A stretch of 63,799 nucleotides of DNA, from assembly GCA_016218625.1 (NCBI GenBank), contig JACRDL010000045.1, forward strand, positions 1 to 63,799, in the 5' to 3' direction. Both the position numbers and the translations under genes were made by a program. The stretch comes from Elusimicrobiota bacterium (GTDB taxonomy: Bacteria; Elusimicrobiota; UBA8919). The notes below the pieces were generated by a model. It made no database searches and had not been told where the DNA came from. It saw nothing but the letters and a program-made list of their open reading frames with translations. Each line of letters begins with the position of its first letter. The first letter of the stretch is position 1. Shown piece by piece: positions 19,318 through 28,719 of this stretch.

Positions 19318-19337
19318 GTGAAAGGAGCATTAGGAAT

Positions 19338-19724
19338 ATGTTTAGGCTGTTTTTTATCGCCCTCGGCGGCGCTCTCGGAACACTGGTGCGGTATCTTATT
19401 TCCGGGCTTGATTATAAATTCTCCGGAGGTATTTTTCCTGTCAGCACTTTTGTAGTTAATCTTTCCGGTTCGTTAATCATCGGTTTTTTGTGGGGAATTT
19501 CCGACCGCATCGTTGTTTCGCCTAATGTAAGATTATTTGTTTTCATGGGAATTCTCGGAGGATACACCACCTTTTCCACATTCACTCTGGAAAGTTTTAA
19601 CCTTTTGCGCGACGGAGAATACGGCATAGCAGCGGCTAATATTTTGCTTTCCGCTATTTTCGGAATAGGTTTCGTATTCATCGGTTTTTTTGCTTCCAAA
19701 TTTTTAATTAACATGTTTGATTAA
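19338..19724 (+). CDS. crcB: fluoride channel CrcB/FluC
   Basis: 128 aa, 4 TM helices, GGALGTLVRY and GGYTTFSTF motifs. Confidence 0.85.
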   Translation: MFRLFFIALGGALGTLVRYLISGLDYKFSGGIFPVSTFVVNLSGSLIIGFLWGISDRIVVSPNVRLFVFMGILGGYTTFSTFTLESFNLLRDGEYGIAAANILLSAIFGIGFVFIGFFASKFLINMFD

Positions 19725-19737
19725 GGAGGTTTTCAAA

Positions 19738-20070
19738 ATGAAATTACCGGAAGAAGGAATGCTTTTAAGAATATTTATCGGAGAATCAGACCACTATAAA
19801 GGAAAATCGCTGTATGAACAGATTGTGTTAAAAGCAAGGGAACTGAATTTGGCGGGTGCAACGGTATTGCGCGGCATTATGGGTTTTGGTGCCGATAGTA
19901 GGATGCATACTGCAAAACTATTGCGATTGTCCGAAGACCTTCCGGTTATAGTTGAAATAGTTGATACCGACGAAAACCTTCAAAAAATTCTGCCTTTTCT
20001 GGATGAAGTGGTAACGGAAGGACTTATCACAATTGAAAAAGCAAGAGTAATAAAGTACAGGCATAAGTAA
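19738..20070 (+). CDS. DUF190 (UPF0166) protein, the usual crcB partner
   Basis: LRIFIGESDHYKGKSLYEQIV...ATVLRGIMGFG. AAGGAGG lies 10 nt upstream of ATG 19738. Confidence 0.75.
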   Translation: MKLPEEGMLLRIFIGESDHYKGKSLYEQIVLKARELNLAGATVLRGIMGFGADSRMHTAKLLRLSEDLPVIVEIVDTDENLQKILPFLDEVVTEGLITIEKARVIKYRHK

Positions 20071-20139
20071 AGCATGTTTTTAGACGGCGGCAATATTCCG
20101 CATTCAATAATGGCGTCCGTAACAATTGTGCGTTAGAAA

Positions 20140-20478
20140 ATGAAAATTGAATACTACGATTTTGGAGAAGTTATTGTTGACGGTAAAGAATACACCGTCG
20201 ACGTAATTATTTATCCTGACAGGGTTTTCGCGAACTGGTGGAGAAAGGCAGGGCATTCATTGTGTATTGATGACTTAAAAGATGTGATTTCGGAAAAACC
20301 GGAGATTATTATTGTGGGAACAGGTTATGACGGTTGTATGAAAATTCCTCCTGAAACAAAAAAATATATTGAAAGCCAAAACATAAAATTAATTATAGAA
20401 ACCACAAAAAAGGCAATTGAAATACACAATGAACTTCAATTTAAACATATAATCACCTGCTTGCATTTAACCTGCTAA
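20140..20478 (+). CDS. Mth938-like (DUF498) domain protein
   Basis: GEVIVDGKEYTVDVIIYPD...IIIVGTGYDG...CLHLTC resembles the MTH938 family. Confidence 0.55.
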   Translation: MKIEYYDFGEVIVDGKEYTVDVIIYPDRVFANWWRKAGHSLCIDDLKDVISEKPEIIIVGTGYDGCMKIPPETKKYIESQNIKLIIETTKKAIEIHNELQFKHIITCLHLTC

Positions 20479-20652
20479 ATTAAAAATAAAAATAGAAGTG
20501 AAAGTAGAAGCAGAAGTGATGAGCAAAAATTGTACCTGCCCCATTTTTCCATCTCTTTTTATATCTTATAACATTGACAGATTCAAATTTTTCTTTCCAA
20601 GAGTAAAATAGGTAGAGGGTTAAAACTATTTTTCCTATTTGTGAGATATCTA

Positions 20653-20681
20653 TTGACAGAATTCAGTTTCACGTTTATACT
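20653..20681 (+). promoter_or_regulatory. candidate sigma70 promoter TTGACA-N17-TATACT
   Basis: TTGACA 20653-20658, a 17-nt spacer, then TATACT 20676-20681. It sits upstream of the ORF starting at 20711 (AGGGGA Shine-Dalgarno). Confidence 0.45.
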
Positions 20682-20710
20682 CATAATAAGTGTTATATCA
20701 GGGGATATTT

Positions 20711-21248
20711 ATGGTGCAAGATACTATTGTTAGCGAATATGAAAATATGCTTGAAAAAGGCGAACAAATAATGCAGGTTTATGAATCCCGACGTTTTATT
20801 ATATTACTTGAAAATCTACCGGTCATAATTTTTGCGTTAGGATGGTTCTATTTTTACGACCACTACTTATACTTGAAAATATTTATTTTTTTATATGAAA
20901 TCTTAGATAAAGATATTTTTTTTTAGTAAGGCAACACCGTTATTATTAGCATTCACTGCTGGTTTATTAGCAATACCTTTCATAATAAGTTTGATACTTT
21001 ACCCATTACAGCCGATTTATAGAAATAATAAATATATTCTAACAGACAAAAAGTTTATATTAGATTCTTCGAATTTTTTTAAGTCAAAAATAATCTATTA
21101 TGACAAAATACAAAAAATCGAACTAATCAACAAAAAGATTGAGAAAAGATTTGATTTGGGCACGATAAAAATATTTCTAAAATCATCAAAAATAAAAAAT
21201 AAATTCGTTGTAATTCCGGCAGTGTATAATGGGGACGGAGGTAATTAA
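20711..21248 (+). pseudogene. bPH_2/DUF304-type membrane protein split by a frameshift in a T9 tract
   Basis: ORFs 20690-20926 and 20991-21248 join if one T is removed from the T9 run at 20916-20924. The junction then reads ...DKDIFFSKATPLLLAFTAGLLAIPF. The C-terminal part has the bPH_2 pattern (ILTDKKFIL...DKIQKIEL). Confidence 0.5.
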
Positions 21249-21264
21249 ATTGTTGACAATAGGT

Positions 21265-22434
21265 TTAAATCAAAAACAACAGTAGAACTGCCGAGAGGAC
21301 GCCGGTAAATCCACCCAGAATGAACGGCGCCGCTGCCCCGAGTTGGGTCCACAAAATTCCGGCTAAAAATGATGCGGGGAAAAGTCCGATTCCGACGATT
21401 GTAGCGTGAAGTCCTATTATTGTTGCCTTCTTATCCGTCGGTGCGACATCCGAAATAAACGCTTTTTCAATACCTTCCGTCAAGCCGATGTAAAGTCCGT
21501 AAAGCGCAAATAAAATCCAGATTGAAATTTTCGCCGAGGCATAAGCAAATCCAAAATACACTAACCCGTAGAAAAAATAACCCATTACCAGTATTTTTTT
21601 TCTGCCGATGTTGTCGGAAATAATTCCAGCCGGATAAGACACAAAAGCATAAACGATATTATACATTAAATAAAGCAGAATTATGTTTGCCGCGGAAAAT
21701 CCGAGATTTTTGGAACGCAGAAACAAAAACTGGTTTGAAGAATTTCCGAGTGTGAACAGCATCGCTATCATTAAAAAATATTTTAATTTTTTATCAAGAT
21801 ACTTAAAACTTTTAAAATTGATTTTTAGTTTTGTGTCTGTTCCGTGTTTTTGTTCCGTGTCAGTTTTGTGCTTTTCTTTAACGAAAAACAACACCACGAC
21901 ACCCAATGCTGCCGGCACCACCGACCACAAAAAAACGGTTTTGTAACTGCCATGCCACGTTGTGATGAAAAAGTAAGCAAGTAAAACGCCGGCTGCCGCG
22001 CCGATAGTGTCCATAGTCCTGTGGAGACCGAACGCTTTTCCCTTTTTGCCGTCTTGCGAACTTTCGGCGATAAGAGCGTCCCGCGGTGCCGTCCGGATGC
22101 CTTTTCCCAGCCGGTCAAAAATCCTCGCAAAAAAAACAAGGTGCCAAGTTGTAGAAATATAAAGCAAAAATTTTCCAACTGCGGAAAATGAATATCCAAA
22201 AATCACAAACGGTTTTCTTCTTTTTGTTTTATCCGAGAAATGACCGGAAAAAACTTTCAATAATGACGCTAAACTTTCCGCTATGCCTTCAATAAGTCCG
22301 ATAATAGCAGGTGTCGCACCCAGCGACGAAAGATAAACGGCAATCAAAGGATAAACCATCTCCGACGAAATATCGGTCAGCAAACTTGTAATTCCGAGAA
22401 TAATAATGTTGGACATAAATTTTATTATACACAA
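21265..22434 (-). CDS. MFS transporter
   Basis: 389 aa, about 12 TM helices, an MFS loop motif GHFSDKTKRRKP and a central charged loop. Confidence 0.8.
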   Translation of the reverse strand: MCIIKFMSNIIILGITSLLTDISSEMVYPLIAVYLSSLGATPAIIGLIEGIAESLASLLKVFSGHFSDKTKRRKPFVIFGYSFSAVGKFLLYISTTWHLVFFARIFDRLGKGIRTAPRDALIAESSQDGKKGKAFGLHRTMDTIGAAAGVLLAYFFITTWHGSYKTVFLWSVVPAALGVVVLFFVKEKHKTDTEQKHGTDTKLKINFKSFKYLDKKLKYFLMIAMLFTLGNSSNQFLFLRSKNLGFSAANIILLYLMYNIVYAFVSYPAGIISDNIGRKKILVMGYFFYGLVYFGFAYASAKISIWILFALYGLYIGLTEGIEKAFISDVAPTDKKATIIGLHATIVGIGLFPASFLAGILWTQLGAAAPFILGGFTGVLSAVLLLFLI

Positions 22435-22476
22435 TTTTTACTTGTTTTCAATCTTTATTTTTTGTAAAATCAAACT

Positions 22477-23637
22477 ATGGATATTGAAAAAATAATTTTG
22501 GAAAATTTTAATTGTTTCGGCGGAAAACACTGCCAGACGACAGCATTGAAAAGTATTCTTGAGTATCATAATTTGAATTTATCGGAGGAAATGCTTTTCG
22601 GTCTGGGCGGCGGCGTCGGTTTTATCTACTGGCATACAAAAAAAATGCCGGCACCGTTTATCGGATGCCGTAATTCAAAGGTTGATGAGTTTGTTGTAAA
22701 AATTTGTAAGCGAATCGGTGCAGAAGCAATATTATGGCAGACAGGCAACGCTGAAAAAAGTTACGAAGAAGTAAAAAAACTGCTCCGGTCCGGCGAGCCG
22801 GTTTATGTTTTTGTTGATATGGCATATCTTCCGTATATGGCTCTTCCATCGGAAGCACATTTTGGAGGGCATGCTGTTACCGTCTTCGGAATTGACGAAC
22901 AAGAAAATAAAGTTTATATTGCAGACAGAGGAAAAAAAGCCGTTTTTGTTTCTATCGGTGATTTCAAAAAAGCCCGTTCATCAAAATTCCCGCCGTTTCC
23001 CGCAAAAAATAAATTGTTCAAAATAAAATGTCCGCCGATAATACCGGATTTGAAAGAATGCATCAAAAACGGCATAAAAGAATGTTGTGATGCGATGATA
23101 AATCCGCCGATAAAAAATATCGGGCTTTCTGGAATGCAAAAATGGGTCGGGCTTATCCCAAAGTGGAATGAACAATTTAAGGGAATGAACCTGTTAGAAT
23201 GTCTTCTCAATACATTCATCTATATTGAAATCGGAGGCACCGGCGGCGGTGCCTTTCGCCCGATGTATGCAAAATTTTTAAGAGAATCAGCAGAAATTCT
23301 AAACTCGCCAAAACTCAGTGAAGTTGCCGAAATTTTTGAAAAATCGTCGGTAAAATGGACCGAAATAGCATCTGCCACCCTGCCCGACGAAATCCCAGAA
23401 CTTAGAAAAACAAGGGAATTACTTTTCCAAAAAAACAAAATTTTTGAGGAACAAGAACCCGATACAATTGAAAAAATGAAAAAAATCAACATTGAAATAA
23501 ACGGGTTAACAAAAAAAGCAGTTAACTGTTTACGAGAAAACCACTCGTTATTGGTCAACCTTCAGCAAAAAATTTTGGATTGCTATGAAACCGAAAAACA
23601 GGCATTCCTATTATTAAGCAAATCAAATATTTTTTGA
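22477..23637 (+). CDS. BtrH_N / DUF4872 domain protein (C39-peptidase-like fold)
   Basis: N-terminus NCFGGKHCQTTALKSILEYHNLNLSEEMLFGLGGGVGFIY matches the BtrH N-terminal family. Confidence 0.55.
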   Translation: MDIEKIILENFNCFGGKHCQTTALKSILEYHNLNLSEEMLFGLGGGVGFIYWHTKKMPAPFIGCRNSKVDEFVVKICKRIGAEAILWQTGNAEKSYEEVKKLLRSGEPVYVFVDMAYLPYMALPSEAHFGGHAVTVFGIDEQENKVYIADRGKKAVFVSIGDFKKARSSKFPPFPAKNKLFKIKCPPIIPDLKECIKNGIKECCDAMINPPIKNIGLSGMQKWVGLIPKWNEQFKGMNLLECLLNTFIYIEIGGTGGGAFRPMYAKFLRESAEILNSPKLSEVAEIFEKSSVKWTEIASATLPDEIPELRKTRELLFQKNKIFEEQEPDTIEKMKKINIEINGLTKKAVNCLRENHSLLVNLQQKILDCYETEKQAFLLLSKSNIF

Positions 23638-23693
23638 AAATTATTTTTCCTTGAAAACCCGCCTAAAAAGTAGTAAAATAACAACATATAAAA

Positions 23694-24080
23694 ATGATTA
23701 AAAAAATTCTCATCGCAGACGATAATGCCGATATAAGAGAACTTCTTAAAACGATACTTTTTCCGCTTGGGCATCAAATTCTTGTTGCCAAAGACGGTGC
23801 CGAAACATTTTCTATATGCCGTAAGGAGAAACCCCATCTTGTAATTTTGGACATAATGATGCCGTTTTTTTCCGGCTATCAGGTGTTAAGACGCTTAAAA
23901 CGGGACGAATCATTCAGTCCTCATCCGAAGATATTAATTCTTTCCGCAAAATCCCAGCCCGAAGACATTAAGCAGGCGGAGATGTTAGGATGCGATTCTT
24001 ATTTTGTAAAGCCGTTTTCAAACGAAGAACTTGTTGAAAAGGTTGAAGAATTATTATCTTCCAAGGATTACATATTGTAA
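23694..24080 (+). CDS. single-domain response regulator (CheY-like receiver)
   Basis: KILIADDN, LVILDIMMP and LSAK motifs. 128 aa. Confidence 0.85.
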   Translation: MIKKILIADDNADIRELLKTILFPLGHQILVAKDGAETFSICRKEKPHLVILDIMMPFFSGYQVLRRLKRDESFSPHPKILILSAKSQPEDIKQAEMLGCDSYFVKPFSNEELVEKVEELLSSKDYIL

Positions 24081-24082
24081 AA

Positions 24083-24778
24083 ATGACAAGAAAAAATATG
24101 TTCCGAAATTGTAGAATGATAATAATATATTTTTCAGCGGCATTCGTAACGGTACTTGTAAATATATCTACAGTATTCCCGGAAGTAGTGCGAAAAATAA
24201 CCCGGAACGGGAATATAAAAGAGATTTTTTTCTACAGTGGCGATAAGGAAATAGCGAGAGAAATAATTGATGGAAAAGGAAACATTAAAAAGTCAGGCGT
24301 TATACCCGACGGAATAGTCAAGCAATATTATGATAGTGGCCAGTTATTTTCAGAGACAAACTATAAAAAAGGTTCGCAGGAAGGCATCATCAGGTTGTAT
24401 TATGAAACGGGCAAGGTGATGCAAGAAGCAAATTATAAAAACGGTAAATTGGACGGTAAAACCAGAGAATATTATGAAAGCGGAAAATTGAAGGATGGGA
24501 TAAACTACAAGGACGGAAAATTGGAAGGTACAAGCAAAATGTATTACGAGAGTGGCAAAGTATTTCATAAGGTTAACTACAAGAATGATGAATTAAACGG
24601 AACATACAAAACATATTATGAAAACGGAAAATTAAAGGAAAAATCTGATTACAAAAATGGGAAGTTGGACGGAGTTTGCAAGGAGTATTATGAAACCGGA
24701 GAGATAATGTATAAAGATACCTACAAAACCGGTGAAAGAATAAAAAGTAAAAAATATAATAGTAAAGGCAAAAAATGA
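24083..24778 (+). CDS. MORN-variant repeat protein (YwqK-like)
   Basis: At least seven repeats of the type YYESGKLKDGINYKDGKLEG. N-terminal TM or signal sequence. Confidence 0.7.
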   Translation: MTRKNMFRNCRMIIIYFSAAFVTVLVNISTVFPEVVRKITRNGNIKEIFFYSGDKEIAREIIDGKGNIKKSGVIPDGIVKQYYDSGQLFSETNYKKGSQEGIIRLYYETGKVMQEANYKNGKLDGKTREYYESGKLKDGINYKDGKLEGTSKMYYESGKVFHKVNYKNDELNGTYKTYYENGKLKEKSDYKNGKLDGVCKEYYETGEIMYKDTYKTGERIKSKKYNSKGKK

Positions 24779-25755
24779 AAAAAATTATTTTGGTTTCTGC
24801 GGTTTTTTTATTCGGTTGCCCCAGCGGGACTTCCGTTGGTCGTTCAGTGGTTAGCAAGGAATTTTCCGAGAAGAAACTTTTAATGGGAACGACTGTAGAG
24901 ATAAAAATTTTATCTTATGATAAGACAATTGCTAAAAAATCAATCTCGGATGCCTTTGGTGAAATTGCCCACGTTGAAAATATTTTTTCCGTCTATAAGC
25001 CCGTTTCGGAAATTTCACAACTGAATAAAAACGGTTCGGCAGTTGTTTCGGATGAAGTAATTCAACTTATAAAAAAATCAAAATATTTTTCTGAAATTTC
25101 AGCAGGTGCGTTTGATATAACTGTATTACCCATTATTGAATTATGGAAAAATTCAAAGAAAATGGAGCGATTGCCATCAAAAAAAGAAATTGAGAATGCC
25201 AGAAAACTTGTCGGTTGGAAAAATATTAGCATTGACGAAAAAAACAAAAAAATTATCTTCGCAAAAAAAGGAATGAAAATAGATTTAGGCGGGATTGCCA
25301 AGGGCTATGCTGTGGATAGAGCCGTAGAAGTACTAAAAAAATCAGGGATAAAAACCGGCATAGTAAATGCCGGCGGTGATATTAGATGTTTTGGCGGCAA
25401 AATATGGAAAATAGCACTTCAGAATCCGCGTGATAAAAATGATTTTATTACGATAGTGAAAATCAAAAACAAAGCAGTGACCACTTCCGGCGATTATGAG
25501 AGATACTTTTTTCTTGACAAAATAAAAATTTCACATATAATAAATCCGTTGTCCGGCTATTCGGCAAATAAGTCAATAAGTTCAACTATCATAGCAGATA
25601 ATGCAACCGATGCCGATGCGCTTGCGACGGCGACATATGTTTTGGGACCCGAGGACGGAGTCAAACTTGTGCAATTGTACAAAGTTGCCGAGTGTCTTGT
25701 AATTGATAAAGAAAGGAAAATTTATAAAACAACGGGTTTTGCGCATTATGAATAG
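24775..25755 (+). CDS. apbE: FAD:protein FMN transferase ApbE (lipoprotein)
   Basis: LFGC lipobox. DLGGIAKGYAVD, NAGGDI and TSGDYERYF motifs. Immediately upstream of rnf. Confidence 0.85.
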   Translation: MKKIILVSAVFLFGCPSGTSVGRSVVSKEFSEKKLLMGTTVEIKILSYDKTIAKKSISDAFGEIAHVENIFSVYKPVSEISQLNKNGSAVVSDEVIQLIKKSKYFSEISAGAFDITVLPIIELWKNSKKMERLPSKKEIENARKLVGWKNISIDEKNKKIIFAKKGMKIDLGGIAKGYAVDRAVEVLKKSGIKTGIVNAGGDIRCFGGKIWKIALQNPRDKNDFITIVKIKNKAVTTSGDYERYFFLDKIKISHIINPLSGYSANKSISSTIIADNATDADALATATYVLGPEDGVKLVQLYKVAECLVIDKERKIYKTTGFAHYE

Positions 25756-27055
25756 TTTCGTCGGAGGAGTTCATCCTCCGCAATCAAAATACACATCACA
25801 GATAGAGACGGAGGAAATACCGCTCCCGAAAAAAGCGGTTATTCCTTTAGCACAACATACCGGTTCACCTTCAAAGTCCATCGTGAAAATCGGCGACCTC
25901 GTAAAAACCGGACAACTAATCGCCGAGGCAACCGGATTTATCTCCGCAAATCTGCACTCACCTGTTTCAGGAAAAGTTTCTGATATTTCCAGCCGTATTC
26001 ATCCCTGCGGATATAATTTTGACTCAATAATCATTGACTCCGACGACAAAGACGAGACGGTTGAGTTTAAAAAAAACAATCCTGAAAAACTTTTTCCGAA
26101 TGAAATCGTTGAAATTATAAAAAATGCAGGCATTGTTGGGCTTGGCGGCGCGGCTTTCCCGACACATGTAAAACTTTCTCCGCCGAAAGAGAAAAAGATT
26201 GACAGTGTTATATTAAACGGATGTGAATGTGAACCCTATTTAACCTGTGACCATAGAGTAATGCTTGAAGAGACGGAAAAAGTCGTCGGCGGTCTGAAAC
26301 TTATAATGAAAGTTCTTGATGTAAAAAACGGTTTCATCGCAATTGAAGATAGTAAAGAAGATGCGATAGAAAGGTTCAGAGTTCAGAGTTCAGAGTTCAG
26401 AGAAAAACTTAAAATTGTAAAACTTAAAACCAAATATCCTCAGGGTGCGGAAAAACAACTGATTAAAGCCGTTTTGAAACGAGAAGTTCCGTCCGGAAAA
26501 TTGCCTATGGATGTAGGTTGTGTAGTCCAAAATATCCAAACAGCAAAAGCGATTTACGAGGCGGTTTATGAAGGGAAACCGCTTTATGAACGGGTAATTA
26601 CCGTAGCAGGTTCCGTAAAAAGGCCGGGCAATTTGAAAGTTCGTATCGGGACATCACTGTCTGAAATTATTGATTATTGCGGCGGTTTTGTAGAAGATTT
26701 GCCGGGGCAAAAGGTTATAGCCGGTGGACCTATGATGGGAATTACACAGTTTAATTTGGATGTTCCCGTTGTAAAAGGTTTTTCCGGGCTGGTTATTCTT
26801 GCCCAGAAAGAGTCAAAATTTTATGAACCTTCTAATTGTATCCGTTGCGGAAAATGCATAGATGTCTGCCCGATGGGTCTTGTACCGACGATGATTTCTC
26901 GGCTGATAGAAAAAGAAAGATATGAGGAAGTGAAAAGTTACAGTCCGCTTGATTGTATGGAATGCGGCTGCTGCGCATATGAATGTCCCGCAAAAATTCA
27001 TCTTGTTCAGAATATAAAATTAGCAAAAACACTTATTCAGCAGAAAAAAATATGA
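25748..27055 (+). CDS. rnfC: Rnf complex subunit C
   Basis: GLGGAAFPTHVK, two 4Fe-4S motifs (CIRCGKCIDVCP and CMECGCCAYECP). ATG 25748 is preferred (MNSFVGGVHPP). Confidence 0.9.
   Translation: MNSFVGGVHPPQSKYTSQIETEEIPLPKKAVIPLAQHTGSPSKSIVKIGDLVKTGQLIAEATGFISANLHSPVSGKVSDISSRIHPCGYNFDSIIIDSDDKDETVEFKKNNPEKLFPNEIVEIIKNAGIVGLGGAAFPTHVKLSPPKEKKIDSVILNGCECEPYLTCDHRVMLEETEKVVGGLKLIMKVLDVKNGFIAIEDSKEDAIERFRVQSSEFREKLKIVKLKTKYPQGAEKQLIKAVLKREVPSGKLPMDVGCVVQNIQTAKAIYEAVYEGKPLYERVITVAGSVKRPGNLKVRIGTSLSEIIDYCGGFVEDLPGQKVIAGGPMMGITQFNLDVPVVKGFSGLVILAQKESKFYEPSNCIRCGKCIDVCPMGLVPTMISRLIEKERYEEVKSYSPLDCMECGCCAYECPAKIHLVQNIKLAKTLIQQKKI
26374..26401. repeat. (GTTCAGA)x4 heptamer tandem repeat inside rnfC
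   Basis: Four perfect copies encoding RFRVQSSEFRE. They lie in a region that is variable among RnfC proteins. Confidence 0.9.
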
Positions 27056-27057
27056 AA

Positions 27058-27187
27058 GGTCGCTCGCAAGCAAATTTGTCGGAAACGCTCATCCGACCGT
27101 CCTGTCGGATTTCGCTCTGTTCGTCGCTCCTGAAAGCGTAGTCGCTCCTCAAGGTTCCTTACAAATTTCTTGCTTCGCTCCGCGATT
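27058..27187. repeat. ~130-nt palindromic element between rnfC and rnfD
   Basis: Outer arms GCAAGCAAATTTGT and ACAAATTTCTTGC. Inner hairpin TCCGAC-cgtcct-GTCGGA. Rich in CGCT/GCGA words. Confidence 0.65.
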
Positions 27188-27200
27188 ACAAGGATTAAGA

Positions 27201-28112
27201 ATGAAGTTTACGATTTCACCTGCGCCACATATTAAATCAAAAGAAACGACATCAAAGATAATGTTGTCAGTTTTTTTGGCGCTAATTCCTTCAGGTTTAT
27301 GGGGTGTTTATAAATTTGGAGATCATTCAGGCTATGTTATTTTAACATCAGTTTTAAGTTGCGTTTTCTTTGAGTATGTTTCGCAAAAGTTTATTTTTAA
27401 AACAAAAGTAAAAATTACCGACGGCAGTGCAGCACTAACCGGACTTTTGATGGCTTATTGTCTTCCGCCGGATATTGCTTTATGGCAGGTTTGCATCGGT
27501 TCATTTTTTGCAATTTTTATAGCGAAGGAATGTTTCGGAGGCGTTGGTTTCAACATTTTTAATCCCGCTCTGATAGGTCGCGCCGTTTTACTTTCTTCGT
27601 TTCCGACTGTTATGACAAAATGGCAGATTGACGGAGTAACCTCCGCAACGCCGCTCGGTATTCTGAAAGAAAAACTTGCTCAACAACTACCTTCATATGC
27701 GGATTTGTTTGTCGGAAATATTCCCGGTTCCATCGGAGAGGTATCAAAAATTCTGCTTTTATTGGGAGCGATTTTTCTTTTTTACCGTCGGATAATTTCC
27801 TGGCATATTCCCATAACATTCATTTTAACCGTTGCGGTTCTTTCGGTTCTTTTCAGGCAGGATCCGGTTTTCCAAGTCATATCTGGCGGAATAATTTTGG
27901 GCGCATTTTTTATGGCGACCGATTATGTTACAAGCCCATTGTTTTCAAAAGGAAAAATTATTTTCGGATTTGGTTGCGGACTCTTGACCGTCTTAATAAG
28001 AAATCTCGGCTCATATCCTGAAGGCGTCTGTTATTCAATTTTGATTATGAATATACTTGTGCCTTTGATTGACAGATTCACAAAGCCAAGGGTCTTCGGA
28101 ACATGGGAATAA
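27201..28112 (+). CDS. rnfD: Rnf complex subunit D
   Basis: Polytopic, with the flavinylation motif GVTSATPLG. 303 aa. Confidence 0.9.
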   Translation: MKFTISPAPHIKSKETTSKIMLSVFLALIPSGLWGVYKFGDHSGYVILTSVLSCVFFEYVSQKFIFKTKVKITDGSAALTGLLMAYCLPPDIALWQVCIGSFFAIFIAKECFGGVGFNIFNPALIGRAVLLSSFPTVMTKWQIDGVTSATPLGILKEKLAQQLPSYADLFVGNIPGSIGEVSKILLLLGAIFLFYRRIISWHIPITFILTVAVLSVLFRQDPVFQVISGGIILGAFFMATDYVTSPLFSKGKIIFGFGCGLLTVLIRNLGSYPEGVCYSILIMNILVPLIDRFTKPRVFGTWE

Positions 28113-28114
28113 TA

Positions 28115-28178
28115 AGCCACAGAATTTCACAGAAAGGCACAGAAATAAATCTGTGTAAATCTGTGTTTATCTGTGGCT
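28115..28178. repeat. CACAGAA-word hairpin between rnfD and rnfG
   Basis: AGCCACAGAATTTCACAGAAAGGCACAGAAAT pairs with ATCTGTGTAAATCTGTGTTTATCTGTGGCT. Confidence 0.8.
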
Positions 28179-28191
28179 AAAAAGAAAAAAA

Positions 28192-28719
28192 ATGAAAGAA
28201 ACTATTAAACTCGGAAAATATCTTTTTATAATCTGTGCTGTTGCTGGTGTTACGCTTGCCGTCACCAATTATTTTACTACAAAAAAAATTGTTTCTCAAA
28301 AACTGAAGGATGAAAACGCTGCACTTAAAGAGGTTTTGCCGGTTGCTTTTTGTTTTGAAGTAAAAAATACTTTTCCAAAGAACGGTTATGACGAAAAAAA
28401 TAATATGGTCGGTTATGTTCTAAAAGTAATCGTAACCGGATATTCAAGCGAGATTTCGGCATTGGTCGGAATTGACAGGGACTTTAAGATAACCGGTGTA
28501 AAAATACTTTCACAGAACGAAACTCCCGGTCTTGGTTCAAAAATATCCGAGAAACATTTCCTTTTGCAATTTATCGGCAAATTTTCGGAAAAAATATTAT
28601 TGAAGAAAGATGCTCAAACCGGTGAAATTGACGGTGTTACATCGGCTACAATTTCTTCGCGGGCAATTACCGATGCTATAAGGAAAAATATAGATGAGTT
28701 CAAAAAAACTGTTAAGTGA
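28192..28719 (+). CDS. rnfG: Rnf complex subunit G
   Basis: N-terminal TM helix, FMN-binding domain, DGVTSATISSRAI motif. Confidence 0.85.
   Translation: MKETIKLGKYLFIICAVAGVTLAVTNYFTTKKIVSQKLKDENAALKEVLPVAFCFEVKNTFPKNGYDEKNNMVGYVLKVIVTGYSSEISALVGIDRDFKITGVKILSQNETPGLGSKISEKHFLLQFIGKFSEKILLKKDAQTGEIDGVTSATISSRAITDAIRKNIDEFKKTVK

Noticed and set aside
19318-19337. Fluoride riboswitch upstream of crcB
   Set aside because: Only about 20 nt separate yajQ from crcB. That is far too short for the ~50-nt crcB motif, and no matching conserved sequence was seen.
20496-20520. AGAAGT/AGAAGC word run after ORF 20140, as another word-hairpin
   Set aside because: Only one arm is present and I could not find a complementary arm nearby. 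It is too short to call.
22435-22476. Divergent promoter between the MFS gene (minus strand) and the BtrH-like gene
   Set aside because: Only weak matches (TTGTTT-N17-TAAAAT) are present in a 42-nt AT-rich gap, so this cannot be distinguished from chance.
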